Assembly: GCF_001194135.2 (NCBI RefSeq)
Contig: NC_068993.1
Location: 2,278,522 to 2,342,521 of the forward strand
Length of the DNA: 64,000 bases
Direction: 5' to 3'
From: Octopus bimaculoides
Lineage: Eukaryota
Shown: positions 1-14,720 of the stretch, piece by piece
Layout of the letters: each line of letters opens with the position of its first letter
Numbering within the stretch: the stretch's first letter is position 1
Notes under the pieces: model-generated
Databases searched by the model: none
The model's input: the letters and a program-made list of their open reading frames with translations, nothing else
What the model was told of the DNA's origin: nothing
Program-made: the position numbers and the translations under genes

Positions 1-48
1 CACGTGTATGTATATGTATGTATGTATATATATATGTGTGTCTTTGTA

Positions 49-125
<77 letters not shown>

Positions 126-180
126 ATATACATATGTATATAAATATGTATCTCTCTCTCTATATATATATAAAAGTAAA
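1..180. repeat. Compound (TA)n/(TG)n/(TATG)n microsatellite
   Basis: Seen directly; it explains ORFs 4..198 and 8..283 (YI/CV repeats). Confidence 0.95.
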
Positions 181-664
181 TATATATGTAGGGAATGAGG
201 GAAATGCGTGGGTGTGTCTGCGCGCATGTGTACATGTTTATGAGTGCGTGTATTTATATATAGATACTGGCATGCGTGTGTAGTGAAGAAGCTCGCTTTG
301 CAATCGAAGAATTTTGGTTTCAGTTCTATTGCATGACAGCTCGGGCAAGTATTTTTTACTATAACACTAACTAGACCGATCTTTTGTATGTGAATGTGGC
401 AGGAGTTATATTACACACACACACACACACATGATTTTGTGTGTTTGCGTTCGTTTCCCCCCACCCTCGCATGACGTGCGGTATCAATTTCTGTACGTTC
501 TTGTATCATGTGGTTCGCCAAGAGAGTCCAACTGCATCACGCTTGATAAAACTTGTGTGTATCATAATACATCTTATCAAATGGTTCATTTTTTCATGAC
601 ATCCCTTGCACGTCTGTTTCATATTTCATATATTTACACGCTCCCTGCACACACACGTACAAAC

Positions 665-704
<40 letters not shown>

Positions 705-1759
705 TATGCCTCATGAGTTCACAAAGTGTAATTTACGACTGTAATGTCAAGAGCTATATTGTTATGACTCTATAATTAATAGATGTCAGTATGAAAGTCA
801 TATAACGAACGTGTAGGACACAGCACGTTGAGCATGTCTTTTGATATATTTTATCAATCTTCTATGGTTTTGTCATTCCTCAACAAATGTTTACTTCGGA
901 TCCGTTTGGAATCTATAAACCACTACAATATCTACTTTTCAGAATTTTACTGTAGTCCCAAATAGTTATCGAAGAAACAATATGACTAAGCATTTCCTCA
1001 CGCGCCTTGCAATTTTTAGCTTCCTAAATAATTTGAAAACTTTATCTAAATATAGCATCACCTGTTGAAACGTATGTCAAAGCTCAATAGACCAGTGTAA
1101 TTTAAAATCGAAATGATCACGTTTTAGTCCTTTGTTGGAAAAGTAATATTTGGAAAGAAATTCTATGAATATAAAGTAGGTAAATGAAGAAGGCTACTTC
1201 AAGATTTCCGAATACATTTGGAAACAATAAAAGCAGGTTTTAAATGAATAGATTAAAGACAGTTTTGTTTAGATAGGCGATGTAAGTTATAGCAAGATGT
1301 TTTGTAGAAAATTGGAAATATGTTATTAATTCGAGGTTAAGTTTTTGTGGGCAACTTATCATATTGTTATTTAACGCAAAACCAAACTCCGAGCAATTTT
1401 AATGCGGCTGAAGCACAATATCTATTTACTCGGTATGAATTTAACTTTTGTTGTAACGCAAGAACGTATTTTTCGATACGTATATGGGAAGATGTGCATT
1501 TACTGTAACGCAATACACTTTAATATTGCAGTATTAAATTGGCTTTTATTGTTTTTACAAGGCAAATGAATTTTGACCAGCAACATATAAAAAATTGTTT
1601 GAAATTGTTTTTCGGTTACTAAACAGCCAAGTCGAAAATAAGATGGAAATCTAACGCTACTCCTTCAACAATATCGTGAAGATGTTCCTTTGAATTTGCT
1701 GCTGTCTCGAGACAGACGTTTGTCAAATTCGTGTAATGTTGGACTTAGTCATCGATAAA

Positions 1760-2030
1760 ATCTTAAATATGAAAACTACAGCGAAGTAAATCAATTCAAT
1801 AGCGAACAAGTTCTACACACAAAAGCGTTGGTGCAAGACATCGCTAAACATTTTCTTTTTAAGTTGAGATGTGTTCTAACAGATTTGTGCTGGCCAAAAG
1901 CTTGTGAATTAAATTTGGTAGGGAAAATGTATGGAAGCCCATTTGAGAGCTATTTACTCTTGCTGGTAAGGAGATATAAACAAGCGCACAATATACCACA
2001 ATTTTGTAATTTGGATCTCTTAGTGCATGT
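1760..2030 (-). mobile_element. Possible decayed hAT transposase C-terminal (dimerisation) fragment
   Basis: Minus-strand PNYKIVVYCALVYISLPARVNSSQMGFHTFSL loosely matches the hATC pattern FPN..I.L.I.LTLP.T..S.ERSFS. Further stop-broken pieces (CLAMSC, DFIDD) follow. Weak, by-eye match. Confidence 0.25.
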
Positions 2031-2829
2031 AACTGGGCCACGTCTCCATCGTGTGAATAACGTTCTAGTTTCTAGTTTCTATTAACCGTCATAGACATTG
2101 AAAATGGTTTTGAGTGATACTTTTCTCACTCGTCCATAACATGTCTTCCTGTGAAAAAAGTAGGTCGTCATACTTTTGTGTATCATCAACGGAATTCACA
2201 GAAAAGAGATGTGTGTGTGTGTGTATGTATGTGTGTGTGTGCATAAATACGTATTTGTGTATGTCTTTCACCAAAACTATTGAGACAGATCTTGCAGCAA
2301 TGTTTTCATTTAATACCTTTTGTTTAACACATGCAAGTGGAGAGAATGGTGCAGAATATGTATGAAACTGCTCTTTTGCAGCTGCCGTTAAAAATGCGAT
2401 GATGTAGCACATGGATACAGTTTTTGAGTTTCCTTTCGTTTTTCATTGCTACTTTGGACGCTGTTCAAAATAGAACTGCTTTTATAACAAGTTTTATGAT
2501 AGCCGAGTTATTTCCATGTTGCTTGACGCACATGGGATTAATAACAATGTTGGATTCTGAAAAACATACGGACAGTGTCTATTTGACAGCTAATAATATG
2601 ACTATATTGCAGTGTAAGAACAACATAAAAGAGTACATCACTGTAACATGTAATACCGTACACAAGTATGCGCACACTTGATTACACAGGGCTGACACTC
2701 TCGAACGGACATATTATTTAGATGTGCTGTACGTCGTTTGATCCTAGATTTGTGTGTGAGCTTCTCTCTCTTTCTCCACCTCTCTCTCCTCCCGCTCTCT
2801 CTCTATATATGTATGTATGTATGTATATA

Positions 2830-3310
2830 CATCGTCCACTCGATTTGAGAGTTATTGTTTACGGAAATATATCTTGGTGAAGGGGGTTTATCCAGGATTT
2901 CTTGAAGGAATTTGTCCAAACACTTCTTGAACTTTATGGGGCCTGTTTCTGCTTTAATGTGTTTTGGTGTAATGTTAAAGAGAACAGGACCACTTGAGGT
3001 GAAATAATTGTGACGTATTGTTATGAGATACAAGTGTAATTAATGTTGTGGGCGGATAGCATGGGGCCCAAGTCTTGGGTGTACTTAAATGTGATGCAAA
3101 CATCATTTGTGCAATGCTGATGGAATACTTTCCCCATCAAGCAGATGATGTAGTACCCACGGCGAGGTTGGAGAGAATAAAGCTTGAACTTTTCTAGTCG
3201 ACCCCAATAGCCAAAGCATGTCATACCTTCTATCATTTTTGTAATTGACTTTTGAGGTGCTTCGGCTTTTATGATGCTTTGTTTCGTGAGGGGAGACTAC
3301 AGTGGACAAC
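2830..3310 (-). mobile_element. CR1/L2-group LINE, decayed 3' end of ORF2
   Basis: Three overlapping minus ORFs (3103-3309, 3021-3236, 2803-3033) join across frameshifts into KMIEGMTCFGYWGRLEKFKLYSLQPRR..YII and GPVLFNITPKHIKAETGPIKFKKCLDKFL, the typical L.L.SL..RR and FK..LD.FL post-RT motifs. Confidence 0.8.
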
Positions 3311-4139
3311 AGTATCCATGATGTTAATGTTAATTAGGGTATACTTTAAGTGCTCTGATATAATTATCTCTGTAATACCGCAGGTACGAAGACCAAGTGT
3401 ATACTTATATACGCCTGTGTGTGTGTGAGTGCCTATGTCTTTGAGCGTATGTCTATATTTATATGTTATATATATTTACACACGTATATACATTCATGTA
3501 TATACGTGTGTGTGTTTGGGATGTCTGTGGTGTGTGTCAGTGTCTCCATATATATCTGTGTACGTACATACATTTTTCTGGTCTTAAGGAAAAATGTAGT
3601 CTGTAACTCATCTGTTTCTTCTTTTTTACTTAATATTTTGAAAAAGAAAAAATATTAGAAAAAGAAAAAATATTAGAAAAAAGAAACACAAATAATATTT
3701 AAATCCGTTAATAGTAAAACAACATGACCGCCCAATCTTTCCCCTCACCTCTTACTAATGAAATTATGAAAATATGCAAAATACAAAAAGCAACAACAAC
3801 AACAACTATAACTCAAAGCAACCAGAACGTTAATAAGCGCAATGGTTGAATCTAAAACTTAATACTTTGCTGCAAAAGGCTAAAAGATCTGACAGAAAGC
3901 TAATCAACTTTTCTAAATAAAACGCTGTAAAACAGCAGCCAATTAAATTTATGTGAATTACCATTCAATGATTTTGGGGCAATATTATAGAATCTGCCGC
4001 TGGGCTTGTAGATAGGATAGTTCTTTAATTAACTTTCAAAACGAATCTTCTGACTAAAAGAATAATTACTATTTTTAAGACAAGCTAATCAAGAAATTTA
4101 TAAATGGTATACAGAGACTAATGGGAATAGTCGGGTAAC

Positions 4140-4192
4140 ATTTTCATTAACATTCGCACACGCACGCACACACACTCACACACGTACACAGT

Positions 4193-4250
<58 letters not shown>
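4140..4250. repeat. (CA)n microsatellite
   Basis: Seen directly. Confidence 0.95.
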
Positions 4251-4254
<4 letters not shown>

Positions 4255-4978
4255 AATGACTATTGTTATTAAGAAATTAATATATTTCATAAAATGTAAT
4301 GCACCAGAACCAAAGTAGATCTGTCATAGGAAACGGCTTTCCGTCCTTCGTTTCAGTTTCTAGAATCTATTTGCTAGTTTATTGTCCTCACTTTTTCTTT
4401 TACTTACACTTGTTTTGCTTCATATTGAATATCAGTGGGAAATTATTTCAACTTGGACACCTCCTTTCAGTCCGTAACAATTTAACAGAAATGTAATTTC
4501 TCATTCGGCAAAACTCCCTCCCTTTTACGATTGTTAATGATCATTCTAACAGCAAACGCAAGGTGTACTCTAGTCCGGACCATGCTGGCGAAATTGACCG
4601 TTAAAACATTAGTTACATGAATGAAAACATAGTTACTACCTGCCTGGCTTCATTACCAACCGGGTGCGAGAGAAAAAATCTGTGGGAGTTGTTTTGGTTG
4701 CAGCGTGTATAATTTAATATAATGGGGAAAGACAAGGCGACTATGGTATGGGGTTGATCATAAGACTGTTTGATCAAACACGAATTAGAGCTAATCAACA
4801 ACTACATCAATAATTGTATTAGATATTTAGAAGTATCGTTAAGTTATCACATACAGGAGATCCATTCCTGATGTGTTTCCTGACTGATATCAGAAACTGA
4901 CCAGCCGAATTATAGGGTTATCTGAGCCTTGATCATATGCTTTGCAGTAGTTATTCTTGAGCCTGGTGTACCTATTTC

Positions 4979-5038
4979 AAATCAGGCGGAGGTAATGTTT
5001 GTATTTCATCCCTTTCCAGTCGATAAATAAAGTATCCA
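4979..5038 (+). mobile_element. Decayed core fragment of SINE family B
   Basis: tttcatccctttccagtcgataaataaagta resembles the tttcatcctttcggggtcgataaattaagta core of the 42814 and 43858 copies. Confidence 0.4.
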
Positions 5039-5955
5039 TTACTTTTTGATGGCCCTCTCTTTCTTCTTTCGTAATGCCTCTAAAACTCGACTTCACTGCT
5101 CTGTACCACAATAGACAGATCAAGAAAGATTAGGAGTGGTCATCTATTGGAAAATAACACTGATACATTGATGTGGAGAACGATATTTAAGACCTTGAGA
5201 GATCGATGCCTAGAGATAGAACAAAAGGGGATATTGAATTCAAAAATATTACACCCCGATAAAAGCATGTATGTTTAGGATGTTGTGTGAGAGAGGACAG
5301 AAAGTACAAACTGGTTCTCTACAAGATGCTGCCGTATACAATGTACATCTGCACCATATCTAAAATATTCCATTAAGATTTCTCTCTTCAACCCTTTCAT
5401 CTTAAGTTCAGTGAGTGTAAAAGGAGTGTGAACAATTTGGTTAAGGCTTTCAATTAGCATCTATTTCAAGGATTATATTCACTAGAAATTCCTTATTCTG
5501 TTTCATAGTGAACAACAAGGAACATTTCTCGGTAATAAATACTGAGAAATATTGGTAAATCAAATAGTTCCACGCTTGCATCATTTCTATAGACTATTGA
5601 TTTGAAGAGAAAGTAAGGTATTCCATCAGATTCTTGTATAACTGTCTTATTATCGCACCGACTTGAATATCAGCATATTTGAACACTGAAAAGAAAGCTT
5701 TTCATGTGCAGCTAATATGACATTTTCCAGTTCATACACCTGCTGTAGTTATATAACTGTTTTATATCTCTACGTTTGTGTTTGTGTGTGTGTGTGTAAG
5801 GGAGGGACAGAGAGAGAGAGTGAGAGAGGAGGAAGAGAGAAAGAGAGAGTGTATGTAAGTGAAAGTGAATCTGCCTCTTTTCACTTCCTTTCACTGTACA
5901 AACGGACACATTAAAGTTACACACCCCCACACACTAAAATATATGCACACAAGTA

Positions 5956-5999
<44 letters not shown>

Positions 6000-6310
6000 T
6001 ATATGTATATTTATACATGTGCATATGTATACGTATATGTATATATATACGTNNNNNNNNNNNNNNNNNNNNNNNNNNNNNNNNNNNNNNNNNNNNNNNN
6101 NNNNNNNNNNNNNNNNNNNNNNNNNNNNNNNNNNNNNNNNNNNNNNNNNNNNNNNNNNNNNNNNNNNNNNNNNNNNNNNNNNNNNNNNNNNNNNNNNNNN
6201 NNNNNNNNNNNNNNNNNNNNNNNNNNNNNNNNNNNNNNNNNNNNNNNNNNNNNNNNNNNNNNNNNNNNNNNNNNNNNNNNNNNNNNNNNNNNNNNNNNNN
6301 NNNNNNNNNN

Positions 6311-6345
<35 letters not shown>

Positions 6346-7057
6346 GTATATATAGGGAGAAAGAGAGAGACAGTGTGCAAGAGAAGGAGAGTGAGAACGA
6401 GAGAGAGAAAGTGATGGAATATACACTGTCTGTGAACGTAAATCTACGTGCCTATAGTGATATTTCGTCTGAGTGCTACGTTTTGTCTCCATATGCCTCA
6501 GTATAAAGTTCACTGCTTTATGCAACTGGGTTGCGTTGCTTTGAGCTTCTCTGCGTTTAATAATAATCCAATAAATCGAGGCCACTTTTATCAAGCTTAA
6601 CAAAAGTATTGTCATAGATTGTATCAATGCCGACTCTATTGACATTATATGTATCATAATGTATCATAATTTCATAGTAAAATGAATAAACGAAAGCTAT
6701 TTGTGGCACCATACCCCCCAAAACACAAAGTGCAAAACCCTTGCACGCAATCATTTCCATATGTTCACAATTAAATAGTAACTTTTCTATTTTGTACGCT
6801 ATGCTATGTATTAGAATTAATGTAATTTTATTATTTAATTAATAGGCCTGCTCTATGCAGTGTGTTAGTGTCTCTGTATACATATTCATGATCCTGATTT
6901 CTGCGAATTCCTTTCCGGAGGCCTTCATTTCACTCTACTTCGTTCTTGTACAGTAAAACAGCGACATTGTTATCAAGTATTATAGAAAGTAATTTTTGAA
7001 AATTCCCAGCTAAAAACTAGCCAAGGAGGGAGTTTACATGTACTTTCTATCTATTTA

Positions 7058-7109
<52 letters not shown>

Positions 7110-8574
7110 ACTCTCTCTCACTCTCACTTTCACATTCTCACTCTTTCTCTCAATATATATATATATATATANNNNNNNNNNNNNNNNNNNNNNNNNNNNN
7201 NNNNNNNNNNNNNNNNNNNNNNNNNNNNNNNNNNNNNNNNNNNNNNNNNNNNNNNNNNNNNNNNNNNNNNNNNNNNNNNNNNNNNNNNNNNNNNNNNNNN
7301 NNNNNNNNNNNNNNNNNNNNNNNNNNNNNNNNNNNNNNNNNNNNNNNNNNNNNNNNNNNNNNNNNNNNNNNNNNNNNNNNNNNNNNNNNNNNNNNNNNNN
7401 NNNNNNNNNNNNNNNNNNNNNNNNNNNNNNNNNNNNNTATATGCATATATGCATCATTATTTTGTATGCAGAATGTTCCCCCAATGCACATTCTATCAGC
7501 CATATTGTTATTATATTTGATTCACCTCAATAAAATTGATGCACTGTTTTTGTGGCCAACTTTCATGAATTTTATCATTTCATAATCCTGTAGGATTTAC
7601 TCTGATAGCATTATTCTGTTTTTTAATTAAAAAAAACAAAAACGGAAATAGCAATCGAAAGAGAAATGTATGCCTATGTTTTTGTTTCCCTTTTTCTTAT
7701 GTTTCAACAGTAATATAGTTTTTAAATAGTTCTGTATTTGATGATTGCTACATTCTCTTATTCCAGTTATTGATGGAACTTAATTTACCAAAACTGCAAG
7801 TTTTCTCCCAGATTAAAAGCCATAGCAAAAGAAGGAAAAAAATGGGTATAAAATCATCACCGAAGAAGTATCAGCATTGAATGACAATTCCCATTGGTAA
7901 TAAGCTATTCATATACGTTCCTGTCTTCAGATAGAGCAACGCAAAGTACTGTTTCAAAGCGATGAACATATAACTAAGTAAAAAATAAATATGCAGCTGG
8001 CTGGTGTTTAAGATGTACAGAAAAATATTTCCATATTTATGCTGAATTAAAGCACCAACTGGGATGAATTTATAAATATGAATGCATTTATAATATGTAG
8101 ATGGAATATTCATGCATAAATACTTGCGTTTGTAAATCAAACACTTATTCAAATTGTATTTTTAACCGTGCATATGTGAGTAGAAGCATGGCTAAATATA
8201 ACCAGACCTAAGTGGACATGTTACATATACAAGTGTATGGCAACATACAAATAAAAAGAATGCTTACTTTTTGCAGCGCAAAAATACTAGTTATATACAT
8301 AAGCATTTATATTTTCAGAATTCCAAATAAGACATTAAGTTTTTGTGATATAATAAAAAGACCCCTAGGGCAAAACTATACTATTTACTAAAAAGTATTC
8401 TGCAGCAAATATAGCTTGAGGACAGATTCTAAGCTTTTAATAAATGTTCATCTGTAAAATACCACTGAAAGTTCATCCCTATGGGGTTAATTAAGAGAAT
8501 ATATAATTAATAGTTTAGAAGCGGTCGCAAACGTAGTTTCCTGAAAATGCGAAATAATATTATAATTCAGTATT

Positions 8575-8591
8575 TTTGTTGTTGTTGTTAT

Positions 8592-8650
<59 letters not shown>

Positions 8651-8680
8651 GTGGTGATGATAAGGATGATGCTACTGCTG
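8575..8680. repeat. (GTT)n-(GAT)n trinucleotide repeat
   Basis: Seen directly. Confidence 0.95.
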
Positions 8681-8773
8681 ATATTTAATATCATGTGATT
8701 TTAAAACGGAACTATAGCCAAAGGCATTCATATTTTCACGGCATATATGTGTTTATACAAATACATACATAAT

Positions 8774-8862
<89 letters not shown>

Positions 8863-9164
8863 CCATATATATGTGTGCATGTGAGTGTCTGTGCATTTGT
8901 GTCCCAGATTGTCTTGAAGAAACTAAGGATGTGGCCACTATGTGTAGCAGAAGGAGAGAACATTTAATATTCTATGGATATTAAGTTTTTGTTGATGCAA
9001 AAATAAAAAAATAACATGGATCTCGGTCAGAATTCTTAATCTGCTTTTTCAGTTGTTTCCCCACCTCATGGTTGAGTATTCCAGAAACTTTGAACCCTTA
9101 ACGTAGTTCTACAGCAAAATCAAAATGGCAGAGCCTCACTAGGTTTGACCCTTGACTTATACAC

Positions 9165-9272
9165 AAAAGTCAACGCACGGGCTGCGACATAGTTCCTTTC
9201 TACTCGAATTCGGCGGAGCCCCAGCGTGGGCACAGCTCTTGAACTGAAACTAGCATAAGAGTAAAGAGTAAA
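9165..9272 (+). mobile_element. Old, decayed 3' end of SINE family A
   Basis: ggcggagccccagcgtgggcacagctcttgaactgaaactagcataagagtaaagagtaaaag aligns to the ggcggtgctccagcatggccgcagtcaaatgactgaaacaagtaaaag tail at 46790-46850. Confidence 0.55.
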
Positions 9273-9869
9273 AGTCCACTCATAATATCTGGCTCAACCC
9301 GGTAAATGACATTTACTTTAGAGACCACGTTGAGAAAACGAAACCGGGAAGTCATGATTGTGAAACGAAACATTATTTTATACTTTTACATATAGTGGGT
9401 ACATGTTTCGTTGTCAAACTTAGACTATTAATCCTTAGTAATACACCGACAAATCCACGACTGATCTTATCGATATTCAGATATTCACAATTCTGAATAT
9501 GAATACTGTGTTTTGTTCTAGATAGTACATGTTTGATAAGGCTTTAACATCTTTTAAACATCCATGAATGTACCTATGAGCATTGCCGGCGTATATATTA
9601 CCAAATATTACCAAATATATTACCAAATATTGCTCTATTCCAATAACGTTCGCATGCAATATCATATATTTCATAATCTCACGTGCCGTAAGTAATGAAG
9701 CGAATATATGCATTAACTTCTGATAATCGCGTTATTGTTTGTGCACTTAATATATTCTGCTTTATAAACAAATATTTATAATTTAAACATGCTATATTAT
9801 AATACAAAATATATTACGATTATATGTTTTTTGCTCAATTATTTTCATCTTTAAAGATGAAAGATATTT

Positions 9870-10310
9870 TAGTATTTACACGACGCCCTTGAAAGTGGAG
9901 GTATGAAAATAGAGACTGCAGTGCACAATGTTCTTTGTTCGTTTACTAAATAGTTGCGATGTCCACGTTGTTTCTTTCTCTCTGAATTATTTAGTGTGCA
10001 TGGACATGTGTGAAACTTGAATAAGGGGCATTCAGTACGCTCTGTGCCTGCTTTATATGTCATGTTGTGGGTCCATCTGTTTTTTTCTTCTTTTTGTGTG
10101 AGATGGTGTGTACGTTGTGTGCCGTGTGTTGGTATGATTAAGGCTTTCAGGGTAGGTTTGTATGTGTTTACAATGAACCTGTATATGTAAAGGTCGAATA
10201 TGTGTGCACTCGTTTTGACCCCTGTTATTAAGAACAGCTAGGATATTTAGGAGGGTTCTTGGCATCTAGGCTACTTGTTGCAGCCCGATGTTAGGATTCT
10301 TTTCTTTTCC
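9870..10310 (-). mobile_element. RTE-clade LINE, decayed post-RT region
   Basis: A minus frame with stops reads YKPTLKALIIPTHGTQRTPSHTKRRKKQMDPQHDI*SR...HTK*FREKET, resembling the RTE pattern Y...+LP.+.YG.ETW.LTK.E.K.L...Q..M.R....IR..T. Confidence 0.5.
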
Positions 10311-13300
10311 AACAGTCTAATCTGTTGAGTGATTATATGAATAATAATAATGAGAATAGTAATGAAAACATTGCTTACATTAATGCTATAAGGTGTCTGA
10401 TTTTAAACAAATATCAAACTTTATAGACGAAAAAGAAATAATGATAAATATAGAAAAACATAAATTGTCATGTATTGAAAATCTAGTGAATTTACTAAAA
10501 CATCTCCTTCATTGGTGTTTGTTTTTCAGAATTCCCGAAAACAATAAATTATCTAACATTTGAAAATTTTTCATATTTTTTTTTGCTTTTATATCGTTTT
10601 CTTTTTAAATTTTAACTCTGTTTTGTTATGATCATCACTGCTATGTTAACGGTGTCGTTTCCTTCACTTTCTGGTTACACCTTCCTGACGATAACACATC
10701 TATTTGGCTCGAGTGATAAATGGATCGTCCTCTCTGTCTCTTTCTCACTAAGTCTTCCTCTTTATACTTATAATATATATATATATGCATATACTTACAT
10801 ACACATGCACACGCATACATACACACACACCCACACATTTAAATATATATATATATATATATAGTTACAACACACACATGAATATATATAAACTTACACT
10901 TATATATGTATACTTTGTCTCTTTCTATAGATCCACATATACAAGCGCATATATATCTATACAAAGAGAGGGAGAGACAGAGATAAGAGAGAGAGTGACA
11001 TTGAAGTGGCAAGAGAAGCCAAACTAATGAAATTTTATGTATAAATTGTAAACCGCTATTTCAAACGGAAAATTTCCTATCAAGAACAGACACAAGTTTG
11101 TGTGTTTCATTTTGCTACATTAAATATTTCTGGCTGCTGAAATAAATAATAGGAAAATTTGCAAATGAGTAAGCTTTGCTAAACCCACCAACGAGCTCAG
11201 GCAGGAAACGCATTGCATAACTATCTGACAATTAAAAATATACAACAGATATTCTTTTTAGGATTTATGAAACTTAGAATTATTGTAATCTTTTGGTCTG
11301 CCGTAAATATTGCTGTAGAAACGCTTGAAACCTATATAGAAGATATCAAATTTATACACATAGTCTTGAATATGGACAAGCGTTTGCAATAATGTGTGAA
11401 CAGACACAACGTTCATTCCAGATTGCTCTTGTCCTTTGATTTCTCTCCCTTTCTACATGAAACACCACTAATCTATATATATATATGTGTATGTATGTAT
11501 ATATATGTATNNNNNNNNNNNNNNNNNNNNNNNNNNNNNNNNNNNNNNNNNNNNNNNNNNNNNNNNNNNNNNNNNNNNNNNNNNNNNNNNNNNNNNNNNN
11601 NNNNNNNNNNNNNNNNNNNNNNNNNNNNNNNNNNNNNNNNNNNNNNNNNNNNNNNNNNNNNNNNNNNNNNTGGAACCACAGAAGTGGTCAAATCTAAGCG
11701 AGGTGTATACTACCGGCTACTCTTCAGGCCAAGGCTATCTTGATTAGATTAAAGTTATGCAGATTTATTTCATGCTAGTATCAACCAAAATAAGCTGAAA
11801 TGTTTTACATATCTCACTTGCCACATATTCTTCATACTCTGATGAAAAACTGTTGTGTTCTTGCTCTAAAACATCCATTCCTATTTAGAAAGATTAGACA
11901 AAAAAAAAAAAAATTCAATGGTAGTTATTAAACACGAATCCAAACGGAAATTCTTGAGAGACGTGACAGTGTAAACAACAGAACCTTAAGTAAATTTTAG
12001 ACTTTCATTTCGTACGCTTCTAAATCTGATATTCTAACCGCGATCAAACGCTGTAAATGCTGTGACACTAGAGTCTTATACTCTTAAATATACTCATATA
12101 TCTACACTATCGCACCTGTATACATACACAATCAGACACGCAATAAAGATTAAATATTAGGTTTATACACCACAGGAAGTTCAGCTTTCACAATATCACA
12201 ATATATTGAAAATAAACATAAACAAATTAACAGCAGAAACCCAGCATGAGCTACGTGCAAGAATATCATGCTAACTGCACATTTGTTTAATAACAATACT
12301 TGATTAGCAGAGAATTACATTCAAAAACTTTTTTTTGTTCAAAATTAAAAATTTGGAAGAAAAATAGTTTAGAAAATGTAAAAATAATGAGAGAGCAAAT
12401 AAAACATATATTTGGCAATATATTCATAAAAAATCTGTTCCTATGCATAACAGTATTGTTTATAATCTAAAATATTTCACTTCTTAAATAGAAGCATTTA
12501 GAAATCTAGTATGAAAGAAAATAATATCAACAGAATATCTTGATGAAATAATTAGGAATTGTTTAATATTTTCTTTCTATAAAGCTATGGTAATCAAAGA
12601 AAATATATAATGTTTTTGAATTAATAAAAAAAAAATAATATTTGAAACATAAAAAATACTCAGAAAATAATATTGATTTCTTCAAGTTAAACTGATATAA
12701 AGAATACAAACATCAAAATCTTCATAATTAACAATTTTCTGCATAGAGCCATGCTAATTGTGTTATTCTTTTTCTTTCTCATGTTACACAGCTCTGTTGG
12801 AGGGAAAAAAAAAGCAAACAGTAAAAATCATAAAACATGTAAAACAGAAGTAAATTATGAAAGAAAAACTATATGAAGCCGAGAAAAATAGTCATAAACA
12901 AATATATTTAAATACGTATACAATAGAGATATGATGGAAAATAAACAGAAAAACAAAAAAAAAACTGTTTCTATGATTGAATCAGAATCATCTCTGACCA
13001 ATTCCGAAGACATCTTTTTTTTTATTCGTATATTTAATTCTCCACTATTGTTTTCCCATTTACTCCAAACTTGCCCCAGGGAGATCAGAATGAAATTTAA
13101 CAATAAGACAAAATGCACCTAAATACATACGCAAACATATACATATAACTATACACACATATAACCGTATACACACACACTTGCACACAGAAACACATAC
13201 AAACAAACACACACACAAACATACATAGATATATGTTATATTATATTACATTATATTATATATAAAATATTCAAATATATTTTCACCAAATTGAAAACTT

Positions 13301-13379
13301 ATTCACTTTGATAAAATTAAAATATGCAGCGTTCCTTTTGGCATACAAGATATTTGGGGTGTATTCTTCTAGTATCTTC

Positions 13380-13560
13380 AGCAGCATTATCATCATTATT
13401 GACATCCTCATCCTCATTCTCAACATCACCATCATTATCATCAGCCAAATTATCGTTGTTGACGTCATCATCGTCATCATCAACATGATAATCATCAGCA
13501 TCATTCACCTTCTCCTACTCATCGTTGTTGTCGTCATCATTATCATCATTATTATCGGCA
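13380..13560. repeat. Degenerate (ATC)n trinucleotide tract
   Basis: Seen directly; it produces the poly-I, poly-M and poly-D ORFs at 13283-13721. Confidence 0.9.
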
Positions 13561-13929
13561 GCGATAATGTTGTATTTTTGTTTTCGGTTTTACATGTTAA
13601 AAAATATTTCTTTCTTTTTCTTTTTTTAAGAATACTTTTATTATTTCGAAAAAAGCGTCACAGATGGCACACTGCAAAGTATGAGAACATAAAAAGAAAG
13701 AAATCTAAATTCCGTGCTTAAAGTAAAAACAGCAAAAGATTTCCTAACAATTTGCAAAAGAAATGCAACAATAAATGAATTACAAACCAAGTAATGAAAG
13801 GCATAACGTCTTGGTATTGCTTTTGGCTTCTCCTCATTAAAACCAAGAAAGTTTCTTTTTTAATTTTTAAAATTCTTCATACACTTGTGACAGAGACGTG
13901 AAAATTGAGGTAGCTGAAATGTGTGCATA

Positions 13930-13967
13930 CCGGATATACATACATACACAAACACACACACTCGCTC

Positions 13968-14049
<82 letters not shown>

Positions 14050-14050
14050 A

Positions 14051-14081
<31 letters not shown>

Positions 14082-14474
14082 ATGTATGTACGTATGCATG
14101 TATTCGTATATGTGTATATATGTGTTTGCGTGCGTATTAGAGTACACGCAAACACGTACATATCTAAAATACATATTAAAATATATGAATGTAAATATAT
14201 AAAAATATTACATACAGAAATACACACATAAATACACACATACACACCCATATGCATACATACACATATACATACATACATATGTATGTGTACATACATA
14301 CACATACACATATACATACATACATATGTATGTGTACATACATACACATATACATACCATACACATACCTACTTATATATAAGCACGCAGACTGAAGCAA
14401 CTCCTCCCCATCTGCTTACCTAACTAACTACCTACCTGCCTGCCTGCCTGTTTGTCTGTCTGTCTATATGTCTG

Positions 14475-14523
<49 letters not shown>

Positions 14524-14720
14524 TTATCTATCTATCTATCTGTCTGTCTGTCTGTCTGTCTATCCGTTTGTCTGTGTCTCTTTCTCTCCCTTTCCCTCTC
14601 TCTCTCCCTCTCTCTCTCTCTCTCTTTGTATCTATCTATCTATGTTTATATATGCGAGTGAGCGAGTGTGCGTGTGAGAGAGTGTACGTGTGAGCGAGTG
14701 TGCGTGTGAGCGAGAGTGTG
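13930..14720. repeat. Compound microsatellite block (TA, TG, CA, TACA, ATCT, GTCT, CT, GTGA-type)
   Basis: Seen directly; includes a local ~40-bp tandem duplication at about 14275-14350. Confidence 0.95.

Noticed and set aside
4620-4960. YNGERQGDYGMGLII, resembling an RTE endonuclease YSG...GVGF motif
   Set aside because: A single short motif with no supporting neighbours I could align.
5100-5460. Short open frames on both strands (LENNTDTLMWRT..., ORF 5275-5460), suggestive of LINE pieces
   Set aside because: Conflicting weak resemblances; no family assignable by eye.
6400-6760. TFVKLDKSG and EAYGDKT, resembling a mariner N-terminus; TM-like stretch in ORF 5917-6657
   Set aside because: Motif spacing is wrong and several stops intervene; the long ORF is inflated by a gap.
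13283-13721. 137-aa hydrophobic ORF that looks like a membrane protein, and an acidic poly-D ORF
   Set aside because: Both are frames of one degenerate (ATC)n tract.
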